Numbered from the whole stretch's first letter, positions 1-13,746 are shown. The stretch is DNA of 62,371 nucleotides, filler included, from Kipferlia bialata (GCA_003568945.1; 3 parts of 3 records of this genome joined end to end with filler, not necessarily neighbours in it); one strand, 5' to 3'. Numbers and translations are program-made. Notes: generated by a model not told the origin, from the letters alone.

Positions 1-47
1 TATATTCCCTTCTTCCACCCCCCCCCCCCCCCCCCCCCCCAACCCAG

Positions 48-2115
48 GTCATCATGTACAACAGTGACACCAAGCCCAACCAGTCAGACCTCGAAGAGCT
101 GGACACACTCACACAGCTGGCAGAGTATGTACGGGAGTGTGTGTGTATGCAATTGTGTGTATCAGCTGGGTTCCTCGCCAGTGTATCTATGACACTGTGT
201 TACTTGTATGTGCATATCTTCCCATTGATGCTGACACCAGTATGCAGATGACCCGTCCCTGCGGCCCCCTGCCCTTGCCTGGCTGATCCAGAAGGCAGAC
301 ATCCTGCGGTGGGGCATGACTGCCCAGGACTATATCTCGGAGGCCATCAGACAGGACAAGGGGGGGCACTCCTCCTCCATAGAGCTGTATGACCCGCTGG
401 CTGCCCTGAGGATAGTGGCCCCCACCCTCGATGCGTCGAGGTGGAAGGACCTGCCCAACACATCCTTTGACACACTGCGGCCAGAGTACCGGTCCAACGT
501 GACCAGCGTGCTGGACTATGTGTCCACAGTACAGCAGAGGAGGGAGATCAGCAGGAATGGCCCCCAGACCCTGGCCTATATCAAGGCAGTGCTGGACGTT
601 CTGGCCAAGGCCCCTCTCTCCCACGCCCCCTCCTACCTGTCGGGTCTCCTTCTGCACCAGAGAGACGAGTTCCGGCGTGCCACCTCTGTCCTTCTGTCCG
701 GTCTGTCTGACTCCTTACCTGTGTCGGAGGCTGACCTGGATGTCAGGCTGGAGCAGGCCTGTGCACATGCCTCTGCCTCTGCCTCCCTCTTCCTACTACC
801 CCAGGCAGAGAGGGAGCAGGAGGTCAGACTCTTGTCAGACACGTGGCACAGCAGGAACGTGGAGGCGTCCCACACTGCCTGCTCTGCCTATCTATCAGCT
901 GTGCATGATGCCGTGGCAGACTGGACAAGCAGGGTGACCCAGGGCATGCTGGCCGGGGGGGTGTCCATAGCTGACATTACTGACTTCTCCCTGGATGTGC
1001 CTGCCCGTGCCCTGCGTGATGGCTGTTGGGGTGTGGCCAGGGAGCGCACCCTGGCCAGCCTGGCCCAGGTGTCTGAAGATGTGGCCCAGGCCCAGGACGA
1101 GTTCCTGGCAGACCTCCTCTCCCGCTTCATCAGGCCCCTGGCCTCGGGGGTGGCCGTGGCCCTGTTGCTGCGCTATGTGTTTGGTCCTCTGCTGGGTGAT
1201 GGCCGGGGTGGGGTGTCTGGCGTGGTGCGGTCTGTGCTACGGCTGGCCCTGGGTCTGTCGGTTCTACTCACAGGGTGGCTGCTCACGGCCAAGGCAATGC
1301 CAGAGATTGGTTCCCTCCGCCTGTTAGTGTTTGTGATGAGCAACTCCCGCAACATATCCATCGGTGTGTTTGCCTCTCTAGGGCTGTATGGCCTGGTGTC
1401 TCTGAGAGGCCTAGTGCACAGGGGGTCTGGCAGAGGGCAGACACAGGGCAGTATAGTAAGGTACAAGGCAGGTGGGGCAGAGGCAGGGGACATGGAGGTG
1501 TCAGAGGATGAAGAGCTGGACGACACAGAGCCAGAGTGGTACGGAGAGAGACAGCCAGCCAGGGGGATGAGGCGTCCCTTCCAGAAGGCAGCACGTACAG
1601 AAAACGGGTCTCTCTCGCTGACTGGGTCGATCCCCACCTCTACTGCTGTTATCGAGCCGTCCCCTGCCCGACCTGTGAGACGGGCCCAGATGCGGCACCT
1701 CGGCACAGGGGACATAGGGGGGAGGGAGGGTCACATGCATATGGGCCAGGGGGAGCCCATGGGTGCCTATGGGACTAACAGTGGTGCTTCCAGGGTCTCC
1801 CAGGGATACACGTCCCACCAGGGGGTGAGTCTCATACCTCAGAGTTCTTCCGCCCTTGTCCCCTCTCACCCTATCACTAATGAGGGTGAAGTAGGGTACA
1901 TACCGAGGGGTCAGGGTTCCTCTGGGGAGGTGACGCCCTCCTTCGGGGCAGGTGGCCCCCCCGACCCCCAGGCCATCAGCAACATGATGCAGTCCCTCAA
2001 CGTCACATCCGTGCAGAGGCCTGGATACCCTATACCTGCACCTGGGACAGGGGCTGAGATGAGGAGCCCACCAAAGACACCTGGAGGGGGAAGGGTCGTG
2101 TCCAGAACCCTCTAG
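48..2115 (+). CDS. GBP/atlastin-family large GTPase with C-terminal transmembrane segments (5' part outside window)
   Basis: Exon 48-128 (VIMYNSDTKPNQSDLEELDTLTQLAEY) splices in frame over intron 129-240 to a 1.87-kb terminal exon. The motifs YNS...LxxLT, PALAWLIQKAD, TAQDYI, LRPEYRSNV and NGPQTLAYI parallel the GBP/atlastin G-domain C-terminal half. A helical region, three hydrophobic segments and an S/G/P-rich tail follow. The P-loop is not in the window. Confidence 0.65.
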
Positions 2116-3760
2116 GCAGCAAATATAGATCTATAGCCAATAGAATGTGTTTGGATATTTATGATTCTCTGTAAATGAACCTATCCGAGACGTGTGGAAT
2201 CCTCCCCTCCTACGGAACCTAAGAGTCGTAGCAATCCTACATCTCAGTACACCCACGTGTCTCACTGAATAGTGGATTGGACCACTCAAAACTTAGACTA
2301 CAGCCGACTGACCCATATGGCTGATGGGCACATAGTATGAGGCCGGGTTGGGGAAAGGCATTCTGGAACACCACTATTCATACCATGAGCCGACCACTGA
2401 GAGTCCCTCCTCAGATGTCTTCCCCAATGGGTGCATGGCATATGTATGTGATACCCTTCCTGACGATGTGTGTCCCAGAGGTCTGCCCCACTATAACGGG
2501 TACAACTACCTTTCTGTACCGATCCCAGTCAGTCCATGGACTCCAGGGTCTCCCCCTGCTCTGCCCCCTCTCCCTCTCTGAGCATGGCCTCTAGGACAGC
2601 ACATGCCTCTGCCTCTGCCCCCACCCTCTGGGCCTTGACCCCCCTGGCCACGGTCAGACCATACGTGTCAAGCCTGGGGGTCAGACACACACTACAAACT
2701 GCACAGATGCCGTGGTGCATTGAGGAAGGTGATTGCATACACTAGTCGAATCACATGTCAGGGTCTACAGGGCCTATCAGGATATGGGATATGGGAATGG
2801 GCTCATATCCAGACCCATACGATATATATATCACAACGGAGAGGTCTATACATACACTGCCCGTGCCTGTGGCTGAACCCTGGCCTCACTTGGTCTGCCA
2901 GGCTGTGTAGGGAGGCCACCACCTCTGCGAGGTCCTCTGAGAATGCCAAGGACTGACTGGCAAGGTCGGCCTGCAGCTCGGGGGACGCGTGCTTGAACTC
3001 CCCAAGTGTACGGGATATACACTCCACCTTGGGGAGGAGGGAGAGTATCACCTGGAGTCAGAATGTATATACATACATACGGACACACCTAATCAGCACC
3101 TACTTCTCCCTCTACACACCTGGTGGTTTCTGTTCAGCACCTCAACCGGGGACATGGTCATATCCCCGTCCTCCACATCCTCATCGCCAAACATCAGACA
3201 GCCACTCTCTCCAACCCTGGGTCAATGTATGTGTCACGTAAGTGTCACTGAGTCAGAATAAATGGAAGGAGAGACAGCGGGTACGACTCTATACATGAGT
3301 GAAGTGTTGAAGTCGAAGTATCATCATAAGAGCACATGACGCTTGGAGAGAGAGTGGACATCATTCTGCCTATACAAAACTCCAGACCACAAGGATGTCA
3401 ACTAAAGCAGAATCTCTTTCGTACCTACACTCCTCTGTCCGAAAGCAGACTGTCAAGACATATACAATGTCCGAAAACGTAAAAACGTTCTTGATGAATC
3501 TTAAATCATATATCCAATATATGTGTAATACTGAGTCTTACCTTTAACTACTCTCTATAGCCTTCGTACCTGGGTCAAGTGCTACAAGTAGCCTTTAAAA
3601 GAAACTGACAGGGTAAGAACATGCTGCGTCACTTCTGCTTACATGGGCTCAGTGGGACGCTTTCTCCTTCTTTACAATTCATAAACTTTAAGCACTAACT
3701 TCAACTCTGTCTCCAACCTCTTTCTGATCTCACCAATTGGTGTGGAGAGTACAACGTACT

Positions 3761-6700
3761 ATGGCCCAACCGTCATCTTCCCCGTCCCCTCCTCCCCAGA
3801 GTGTGGTGCCTCGAAGGAAGAGAGATAAGAAGGGGTCGAGGAAGGGGTCCAAGTCACGACTGGCCACTGTCCCAATGGCCCCCAAGCTAGCCAAGGTGCC
3901 CATGGCCCCCAAGACCAAGGACGTCATGGCCCCCCAGCCAGTGGAGCCAGAGGACGGGTGGCAGGTATGGGTGCTGAGATAACATTGGACACCTTGTCAT
4001 ACGAATACAGAGTACGTAGGTGCATATGCATGAGGTACATTGATAGTATGGTGCCTCTGAGCATCAGGTGTTCCCAGAGGCTGGTGCATACAGAAGGAGC
4101 CGCAGGAAGAGAAGGTCACCTGTGGAGGGGTCTTCCCCTGTCACCCACTCAGTGCCCAAGACACCTCCAAGGGCCACAAGAGTGTCCAAGCGTCGTAGCG
4201 GGTCCCCCTCCCCCTCCCCCTCCCCCTCCCCATCTTCGTCCATCTCCCCCTCTTCCTCCCCCTCCTCCTCTCCTTCCTCCTCCCCCCTTCCTTGTGGCAG
4301 GGGTCGGAGCCAGAGAGGACCCTCGGCCAAGAGGGCCAAGGGCAGACGGACAGTCATAGACTGTTCACCAGAGAAACGCGCTAAGATTGTGAAGTGGATA
4401 GTGGAGGATCTCAAGGGCCGGTGGGATGCAGGTGAGACGGTATCTGTGTCATCAAAGGGATTAGTCAGACACAGTTGGAGAGATTGGGTTGGTATCCAGC
4501 ACTCATATGACGGGAGGGGGATGGTCATCGTGTACTCTCCGTATATATCCTCTGTACTGTCAGGATACACGTATATACTTCCTGAGTTCCGTCGAGTAGT
4601 GTTTGGTCCAAACCCTCTGAAACCCCCACTCTGCGTCCCTCCTGACTCACATCTTATATCTTATATCAGTGCAGGAGTTCCTAGATGTTAAACCCGAGGC
4701 GTGGGAGGAGGGCATTGAGGTGCACGACCTACTAGACGACTTCATGGACATCAAGTGGCCGAAGAGGAGGCCCCAGGTGCTGCTGAGGGACTGTGCCTCC
4801 CGACCTGTGTGCCGCAAGGGCCTGTCCAGGAAGGAGGGCATTGCCACGCTGCCCTGTGCCGAGTACGCGCAGTCCCTAGGGGTGGCAGAGGCAGAGTGCG
4901 TGCTGGTGCTGAAGGCACCCCCCAACAGAGAGCCCAGCCTGGTCAAGGACCCCTCCTGCTGCAGGGTGTACCTGTCCCTGCCCCTGGTGTGTGGGGTGCT
5001 GAGCATGTCTCGGTCCAGGTGCCAGAGACAGGCAGACGCAGCCCCAGTCCCCACCTCACACTCGCTCAAGGGAAGGTATGCTGACTGAGAGGATGATGGT
5101 GTCAGATAGTGCGAGAAACACATCTACTTCCTAGTTGTGGGAGTCTTCTTGTCATTCATACTTGTATGCCTTCACCCACCCCAGGTGGGACCGTTCTGCC
5201 CACCCCTTTGGGCTTGTGCAGGTGAGGGCAGGGGGGAAGGCAGGGCAGGCCCTGGGGGCAGAGGGGGACCAGATATACATCCCGGGTGACCAACTGGCCA
5301 GGTGGGCCAAGGACGGGGAGAGGGACCCGGCTGTGTTATATGGACACTCCCTCTGGGACGAGGCCGGGGTGTGGCCCATAGTGTGGAGGGACACGGTCAC
5401 GTTCAGCAGCCTATGCCTGCCACACAAGGACAGGTACGGGTGCTGTATGAGTATAGTGTGCATGTGTGTCTATTCCTAATGACCCGGGGTGGATGTGTAT
5501 ATCGTCCATCCAGCTGCCTCTTCCGACAGTTTTGCTTGGTTACACTCTGCGTAGAAAGTGTCGAGGTTTCAGTACCGTATATTCGGCTCTGCATGCGTGT
5601 ATATGAGAATGGCTACCTGTATGTGTCACATACCTTACCCCCCAACCCCCCAGGGAGCTAGTTGAGCAGGGCCACCTGTACATGTACCGCACCATGACTC
5701 AGGACACATACTGGCACCAGTACCCCACCTGGATGAGCAGCCACCTGCACTGCATGCCCTGCCACAAGGTGAGGGTGTGTGTGTGTACACAATATATATT
5801 CTGTGTGTGACCCTGACCTCTAGGCCTATCTGAGGGACAGTCTGGACACTGCCACAGACACCTTCAGTGCGGCACACGGGTATGTCACTACATACGATGA
5901 GGAGGTGGAGGAGGCGGTGTATGCGTCAGACGCTGTGCCCCCAGGGGTGGAGGGACCCGACATCCCCAGGCAGAACGACATTCTCCAGGAGGGAGAGGGA
6001 GAGGGAGAGGGCGAGGCCTCCTTCAGCGATGCCTTCAGACTTGGGTCCTATGAGAACTGGGTCAGCCAGATCCACTTCATGCAGAGACACTCCTCCCACC
6101 AGTTCATAGCAGACCTGCAGGGGGTGTTCAGACAGCAGTTTGGCCCAGTGCGGTCTGTCCCTGCATTGGGTATGGAGACTGGGGGAGGGGACGACAGGGG
6201 TGTGATTGTGTACAGACTCAAGAGGCTGTGCCTGGAGATGAAGAGACGCTGGCTGGACCAGCCCGACAAGGTGGGTGTACACATACGTCCCACTGGCTTG
6301 TATTATTGTCTTCGTTTACCCCCACCCCCCACCCCAGGCTAGTGCCATTCCCTCCTCCCACCTGGCCCGTCTCACATCTCTGGTGCAGAGAGTGCTAGAC
6401 GCCGCAGAGAAGCACCGCAACCGGGGTCCTGTGCCCCCTAGGGACCAGGCAGACGAGAGAGACAGCACCCGGCCGTACCAGCGGCAGCTCTTCTTCAAGG
6501 ACCTGATTGAGCTAGTCAACACGGCAGCCTTTGCCGAGTACACCCAGGCACCGTACGACCTGTACATCGGGGTGCCTGACGTGCTGTCCATCCTGCAGGG
6601 GCTGAGGATAGAGTACATGGGGGCATTCACTAAGCCGACCAGAGCACACTTCGACAAGGCGGCAAAGGTGGGGTAAACTGGTGGTGCACGTGGTTGCAAA

Positions 6701-8030
6701 GTGTTCTCGTCTACGGAGTTGTGTTGGTGTGTATTCTTTTGCCTATCCATCCACGTATCCATCTCTCTGTCCCTTCCCCCTGACCCTAGGCGAGGGCCCA
6801 GCACTACATCGCCAAGGGTGACACCATCCCGGTCCATGACCACCTTGCCATGCACAACTATGTGGAACAGTACGCACACGAGGTGGGGGTGTATGATATT
6901 TAGAATAGTCGCTAGCTACTTGTGTTCAAGTAGGAATACAGTTATGTGGCTGTACATTGTCCATTCTAGATACACTGTTAAACTACGTGATCGTGTACTA
7001 CTCATGTACTCATGTGCCTCATGTCCAGGTGGAGAGGATGGCCAGTCTCTCTCTGGGTCTCAGGATATCAGCCAACGAGTGGCTCTTCTACGTAGGTGAG
7101 TGATTCGCACAAGAGTACATGTACGGCTAGGCGGGTGTCACAAGTCCTGTCCCTCACCCCAGTCACCCATGTGATATACGCCCTGTCTGGCTGGGGCACA
7201 GCATCCCTACCTGCAGACTGTCTGGCCCCTGAGGTATGTGTTATGTGAGTAGTTGAGCCTAGTACCTGAGGTGGCAGTGGACTGTATGGGTGTGGGTGTT
7301 CGTATATACATCCTTTTCCCCATACCCCCACCTCCAGGTCGAGTTCCTCGAGGGCTTTGTGTGCTACATGCTGGGTCTAGGCAGACTCAACCCCGACATA
7401 GCGGCCGAGACTGCCCTGGCCCTCTCAGTGTTTGAGGGCACCGACCACCAGCTGTTCATCGAGTGGCTCAGGGGGTACATGCGCACCACAGCAGCTGCCA
7501 CGGCTGAGGTTGAGCTGGACGTGCCCACCCAGGTCGAGAAGGGGGGCCCATTCCACAGGTGCGGGGTTGTGTGTTGTGGATGATTGTTGCGGTAGTGCGT
7601 GTTGACATTGGCACTCTTACCAACTGATGGACACAGGGCTGTACATATACCACTCTCTCTGTCTCACCCCAAGTGTGTGCCGTCCCTATGTACCCCGGTC
7701 CATGAAGTTCGAGACCCCAGCTGTGTACCATGCCACGTGTCTGGGCGTGGCATCCCTCCACATACCAATCTTAATGCATAGGTGGGTGTGTATGTATATA
7801 CATGAGTATACATACATGCATTTGGTTTCCGCATACAAATTCATGTGGTGTGGCATGCTCTAATGCGCCCATGCCTCTCTTGCATCTTTCATGTGAATAC
7901 AAATGGCTATATCCACTCACGCAGGTCCCCCTACTACACGATGCTTGTGTCTGAGGCATTGGAGGCTGCACAGGATGACAGGACTACCTCCATCGACATC
8001 AGTGGTCACAGGAGGAAGAGGGTGCGGTGA
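3761..8030 (+). CDS. Multi-exon hypothetical protein with basic/Ser-Pro N-terminus and possible DUF6895/DUF3541-like helical C-terminal domain
   Basis: ATG at 3761. Successive GT-AG introns (e.g. 3965-4067) join ORF-track segments. The C-terminal part reads YVVTHVIYALSGWG...DIAAETALAL...YHATCLGV and ends HRRKRVR-TGA at 8030. Confidence 0.6.
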
Positions 8031-8803
8031 CCCATGTGCCAGAAACATACCTCTGGGACAGGCCCTGGCACGACAATGACGCAATGCGAGACAGCCTAGG
8101 TGCTCTCGGTGTGATCGACAAGTGCCCATCCAGAGCATGTGTTCATTAGTCTATTATGGTATTCCGTGCGGCAGCTGATTCTGGACATTGTACCAGTATG
8201 GGATGTGGAGTGTGGCCACGGTGCTTCTTGGTGTTACGCCGATCTTTCAGTTCTGGGCCAGTTTTCATTATATTATGTATTGCCCTTGAGACCTAGCCAA
8301 CTAGCCACCTAGACACACTGTGCCCCTGGTGTCCTGATGGCATAGTGCATGGTGTATGGTGTATGGTGTGTGGTGTATGGTGTGTGGTGGCAGTGACACA
8401 TCACAGGGAACCACATGGATACTCTGGCACTTGGAATTGTGCAATGGCAACCATACCGTTTGGAGAGTCCATGTGACACTGAGGATATGGGTGATATTCA
8501 GTATAACGTGTAGTGAGAGGCCACTAGATATTGTCGTTGTCTATACTGTTCACATATAGTCTATTTCGATCGCCTTGCCTTGCAGCAGTGTGACACGACC
8601 CGTGACATTGTGTGTCCAAGAATGAGCCAGGGACGTGGCCAAGTATCTGAAGCACAATGTGATCTGACAATGGTGGTATGTACATGCCCAGCTGTCTTTG
8701 GCTATGCAATGGCTTCAAACATTGGTTTGTCTCTTCGGAATCCCGAAAAGACACATCTTGTGGAAAACCACACTATATTACAACACAAAGTAATCGTTCC
8801 ACA

Positions 8804-10837
8804 CTAGACCGTAGCTTGTGCAGGGTCAGCTGACTCAGACTCAATCTGGGTCTGAGCACAGTCATTGGAACCGCTGATGGGATGTGTATCCGTGCTAACT
8901 GATATAGACCCTCCTGCTGGGTTGCCCTCTCCCTTTGATGCCCCAGCACCTGGCCCCCTACATGGACATGTATCCACCCTGGCCTCTGTGTCCTGTTCCA
9001 GTACAGTCAGGATGAGCACAAGTATAAGGGCGTAGGGGAGGGGGCAGAAGATGCCTGGGGGGTAGAGACATGCCATACACATATTTATATATATAGATAC
9101 ATACACCCACCTGGGTTGATGCAGGACATCAAGACCAAGAACCCATATGACCCGAAACAGGCAACGGCAAACAGAGACCCCTTCTCATGCACGCATAGCC
9201 TGGTTCTGACGAATATCTGGTACCCATACACCACCACCCCCACGACACCCATACTACCCACTACCTGGACTGGGGCGGAGTGGTACCTGGCGTATGAGGG
9301 GGAGAACAGGAACAGAATCTACCTCACATATGCATCGAGTATATGAATAACAGACACATAGACATGTGCAGAACACCGTACCAATACATCCCGCCCTTCT
9401 TGGGGTAGTAGTACCCCCCTGTGTACCCTATGCCGTGTCCAAACAGCCAGAAGTCCCCTATGCTCTCGAGCAGCGCCTTGAGCATGAGTGCCCTGGGCTC
9501 TGTGTCTGTGTCGGCGTCCTCTATGGTGGAGAGGGTGCCCTCTATCAGGGACAGGATGGAGTCTCTGGCCAGGACCACCAGCACCAACAGCACTCCTAGC
9601 ACACACAGGTGGTGGTACCGGTGGGGCCTGTCCACATACATAAAGACAAGTGTGCAAGCCGGGAAGATGACACCAGCCAGGGTCATGCCACTTCTGGAGG
9701 AGGATATCAACAGGCCGAAGGACATCAGCAGGCCGGACCCCACGCCCAGTGCGTAGTGGGTGTTGGTGCCCCTGGCACAGAGGTGGAAGGAGAAGGGGAG
9801 GCATATGACCATGATGGTACTGACGTTGTTGGACATCTGGCAGTCAAGCACCCGGTACCCGCTGGACACAAACCTGTCCCAGTTGGGTATGTAGTTCTGG
9901 ACCAGCATGTATACTGCAAACAACCCCCAGAGCAGCAGAGAGGAGACCAGCGACTGCCTCTGGCCCTGAGCGTCCTTGGAGAAGAGCACATAGACACCCA
10001 CCATGGCCAGACCCAGGCCCAGGGAGTAGTAGAGGGTCAGGGGCTTGAGGTAGTCGGACCACGACACCACCCCCACCCCTCCTATCAGTAGGGCAGCAGA
10101 TACGGCCACCGAGGCTGGGAAGGTGGGGCCTAGACGGACGGGGCCCTTCTTCCTCCAGTACACCAGATAGTGGAAGAGAATGGCTGCCACGCCTATGGGG
10201 ACAATCTTCCAGAGAGGGAAGAACAAGTCGAAGGAGTCGTACAGCTTGAGGGGGACGGTGGTGGAGAGGAGGAAGGGCAGGAGGGTAGGGTGGGAGGAGT
10301 CACAGACCACAAAGAGGAGACACACCAACAGGTAGAAGAAGACCACCCCTGCCACGGCTAGGTCCAGCCACACAAAGACAGCTGCCACTAGGAAGCAGAG
10401 GAGTCTGAACACCAGAGTGTCACAGCCAGCCCGGGTGGCATCAAGGAGGGCAGTAGCAGAGAGAGTGCTGTCCTTGGTGCCCATACCCTCAACAGGGGCT
10501 GGCTGGTCGGGCACAGACGTGTCCTGGGGTGATACATCTGTATCCACCGCCTGTGGACCCTCTGTCTCTGGGGCAGTCAGAGACCCATCAGACAGATCTG
10601 GGGTGAGGGCACATCTATCACTCTATATCCTGGGTCACACAGGAGCATGTGTATATATACACTCACAATGGTACCCGTACCCTGTTCCTCTAACACACCC
10701 TCTCCTGGGGGCAGAGACGGGGACACGCTCTCCACATCTCCCTCACTCAGTGACACATGGTCAGCTACCACTGTATCCACTTCCCCTTTACACATCCCAG
10801 CATCATCACATGACACCGCAGTCGGACACCCCCCCAT
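8804..10837 (-). CDS. O-antigen ligase (WaaL/Wzy_C)-like polytopic membrane protein
   Basis: Exons are about 10837-10681, 10597-9382, 9286-9111 and 9054-8804; the last three join in frame. There are many TM segments and the motifs ISSSRSG, RALMLKALLESIGDFWLFGHGIG and WYHSAPVQVVGSMGVVG, the last assembled across an intron. Start codon uncertain. Confidence 0.75.
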
Positions 10838-11342
10838 CAACAGAGGGGCTGCGTCTTGCACACCCACAGTGAGAGAGAGACAACAGATGGACGCCAAGTG
10901 GCCTCATTTTTCGGTGTCAACAACCTGAACCCTTCTGCAGTCCAATACACAATAGTGTAATAGTGAATTTCCAATAAATCTCAGCAGCAGTGAATGCATA
11001 CTGGCTTCTTATGTATCTCAGCTGCATATTGGCCTACGACATTGCCATACAGCCATGAACAAAGCGAGGAGGGGGGAGGTTACTCAGGTGACACAAACGT
11101 GTGACGCGATGTAATACTCATATATAGTAATCTATTATTCTTATTAAACACATTCCCATACTCCATAAACAACCAACATAATAATCACAAAACACACTGC
11201 CACATACATGTGTGCCAACACCCCTCTTCACACTCTGCCCTGTCCGTGTCTGATACCACATCACATCAGGTGACACAAGTACAGCCAGGCATGCCCACTC
11301 ACAGAGAGTATCACACGTATGCACATGATTAGAACCCATGCC

Positions 11343-12829
11343 TCAGAACACGACGTCCCTGGCCCCCTCCAGTATGGAGGAGAGGGGGAGCTGGGGGGAT
11401 GCCTGGGCCCGTATGTGGGTGTCAGCCGGGCTGTCCTCCCCCAGTAGGTCGAGGCCTGTCTCTCTGTCTGCATCCCCCACCGAGAAGCCCTTTCTCTCCA
11501 GGGTATTCTCCAGTGATGCCACAGCCACACTCATCGACGTCATGCCTGGGATAAGGGGGGGGGGGGGGGGGGGGAGCAGAGGGGGAGGCAGGNNNNNNNN
11601 NNNNNNNNNNNNNNNNNNNNNNNNNNNNNNNNNNNNNNNNNNNNNNNNNNNNNNNNNNNNNNNNNNNNNNNNNNNNNNNNNNNNNNNNNNNNNNNNNNNN
11701 NNNNNNNNNNNNNNNNNNNNNNNNNNNNNNNNNNNNNNNNNNNNNNNNNNNNNNNNNNNNNNNNNNNNNNNNNNNNNNNNNNNNNNNNNNNNNNNNNNNN
11801 NNNNNNNNNNNNNNNNNNNNNNNNNNNNNNNNNNNNNNNNNNNNNNNNNNNNNNNNNNNNNNNNNNNNNNNNNNNNNNNNNNNNNNNNNNNNNNNNNNNN
11901 NNNNNNNNNNNNNNNNNNNNNNNNNNNNNNNNNNNNNNNNNNNNNNNNNNNNNNNNNNNNNNNNNNNNNNNNNNNNNNNNNNNNNNNNNNNNNNNNNNNN
12001 NNNNNNNNNNNNNNNNNNNNNNNNNNNNNNNNNNNNNNNNNNNNNNNNNNNNNNNNNNNNNNNNNNNNNNNNNNNNNNNNNNNNNNNNNNNNNNNNNNNN
12101 NNNNNNNNNNNNNNNNNNNNNNNNNNNNNNNNNNNNNNNNNNNNNNNNNNNNNNNNNNNNNNNNNNNNNNNNNNNNNNNNNNNNNNNNNNNNNNNNNNNN
12201 NNNNNNNNNNNNNNNNNNNNNNNNNNNNNNNNNNNNNNNNNNNNNNNNNNNNNNNNNNNNNNNNNNNNNNNNNNNNNNNNNNNNNNNNNNNNNNNNNNNN
12301 NNNNNNNNNNNNNNNNNNNNNNNNNNNNNNNNNNNNNNNNNNNNNNNNNNNNNNNNNNNNNNNNNNNNNNNNNNNNNNNNNNNNNNNNNNNNNNNNNNNN
12401 NNNNNNNNNNNNNNNNNNNNNNNNNNNNNNNNNNNNNNNNNNNNNNNNNNNNNNNNNNNNNNNNNNNNNNNNNNNNNNNNNNNNNNNNNNNNNNNNNNNN
12501 NNNNNNNNNNNNNNNNNNNNNNNNNNNNNNNNNGGGGGTGGGGGGGGGAGGGGGGGCAGTTACTGACGCCCCATTCCAATACTAGATACTAGCGTGGGTC
12601 ATTTGCGGTGGTGGGTGAGTGCAGCTATGAGGCAATACAGCATGGATGATAGAATTGAAGAAAGAAGCCAGAGGGGGGAGGGGGGGGGGGGGGGGGCTAG
12701 CTCTATGCAAGCACTATACATATACACATGCATCTGTGTGTATCTATGTATGTGTAACAGTGTGCCACTCACCGTCAGTGCCTTGAATGGCAGCTTCTTG
12801 GTCCCAACATCACACTGGGACAGGGACAT
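11343..12829 (-). CDS. Hypothetical gene interrupted by assembly gap
   Basis: A putative first exon MSLSQCDVGTKKLPFKALT is followed by a GTGAGT donor (~12771). A terminal exon MTSMSVAVAS...ARDVVF* follows a CCCAG acceptor (~11546). That both belong to one gene is assumed. Confidence 0.35.
11593..12533. other. Assembly gap (941 N)
   Basis: Run of N flanked by G-rich tracts. Confidence 0.99.
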
Positions 12830-13116
12830 CTCTCACTCTCTCTTCTCTCTTTCTCTCTCTCTACCCTTCTCCTGGTATAGGTTCCTACACTAAGTAGCTC
12901 CTCAGCAGAGTGTTCAGACTAGCCTGCGGTTACCCACGCTGTCTCTACACCCCTGTGATGTATAGAGTGGAGGGCAAGTCAGTTCAGCAAACAATTCCAA
13001 ATTTCAAGATTGTTGGGATTTTTGAGTTAAGGGTGTAGATCTAGATCCAGTCTTGGAATCCAAGTCTTGGATGATTCAAAGGATACATCTTTCTCAGTGA
13101 CAGTGAGAGATCACTT

Positions 13117-13570
13117 ATGGACACCGGTACTGTTCCCCAGATGGACAACCATGGTACTGCTTCCGATATCCAACTTGGTGGTTCTGCTGCAGTTGCCGAG
13201 CCTCTGCCAGAGGGTGGGGATTCGTCCAAGCCTCAACCCTTCCGCATCACCGTTGATAACTACACCTACAGCGGGGCAACCCTTGAGGCCGTGGTCAGTG
13301 AGAGTGCGTGCATCTGGGTATATACACACATTGTTATTATATATTCATAGAGGTGTACGTAGGTCTAGAGAAGAGAGAGGAGAGAGAGGTGGCAGAAAGA
13401 GCAACCACCACATTGTATTCAATTCTGATGGAAGTGAGACGTACGTAGTATGTATCCCTCTCTCTCAAGCCTCCGTCAATGGTATCTCTCTGACACCTCC
13501 AGCCTCCGTCGCCGCCCCCTGATACTCAGCTCTGTAACCTTCAAGGGACTGAGAGCTGCGGGTATTCAGG
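13117..13570 (+). CDS. Hypothetical gene, 5' fragment
   Basis: ORF MDTGTVPQMDNHG...FRITVDNYTYSGATLEAV followed by donor-like sites and a probable further exon ending CAG|GTACAC at 13570. It then runs into a poly-G tract. Confidence 0.3.
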
Positions 13571-13746
13571 TACACCCAATGAACTTATTACGCCCATACA
13601 CCTCTATACACTACAGTACATGTATAATGTTTACAAATGTATACATTCAGAATCAATACAATAATTGTTCTCAGGGGGGGGGGGGGGGGGGGGGGGGGGG
13701 CATTTTAATGACTCATCGTTGTCAGTGACAACGTCACCCAGCTCAC

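Noticed and set aside
2316..3261. Several short overlapping ORFs that might form a small gene
   Set aside because: I could not build a consistent spliced model or recognise a product.
11338..12585. 415-aa and 385-aa ORFs in the track
   Set aside because: Artefacts of translating the N gap.
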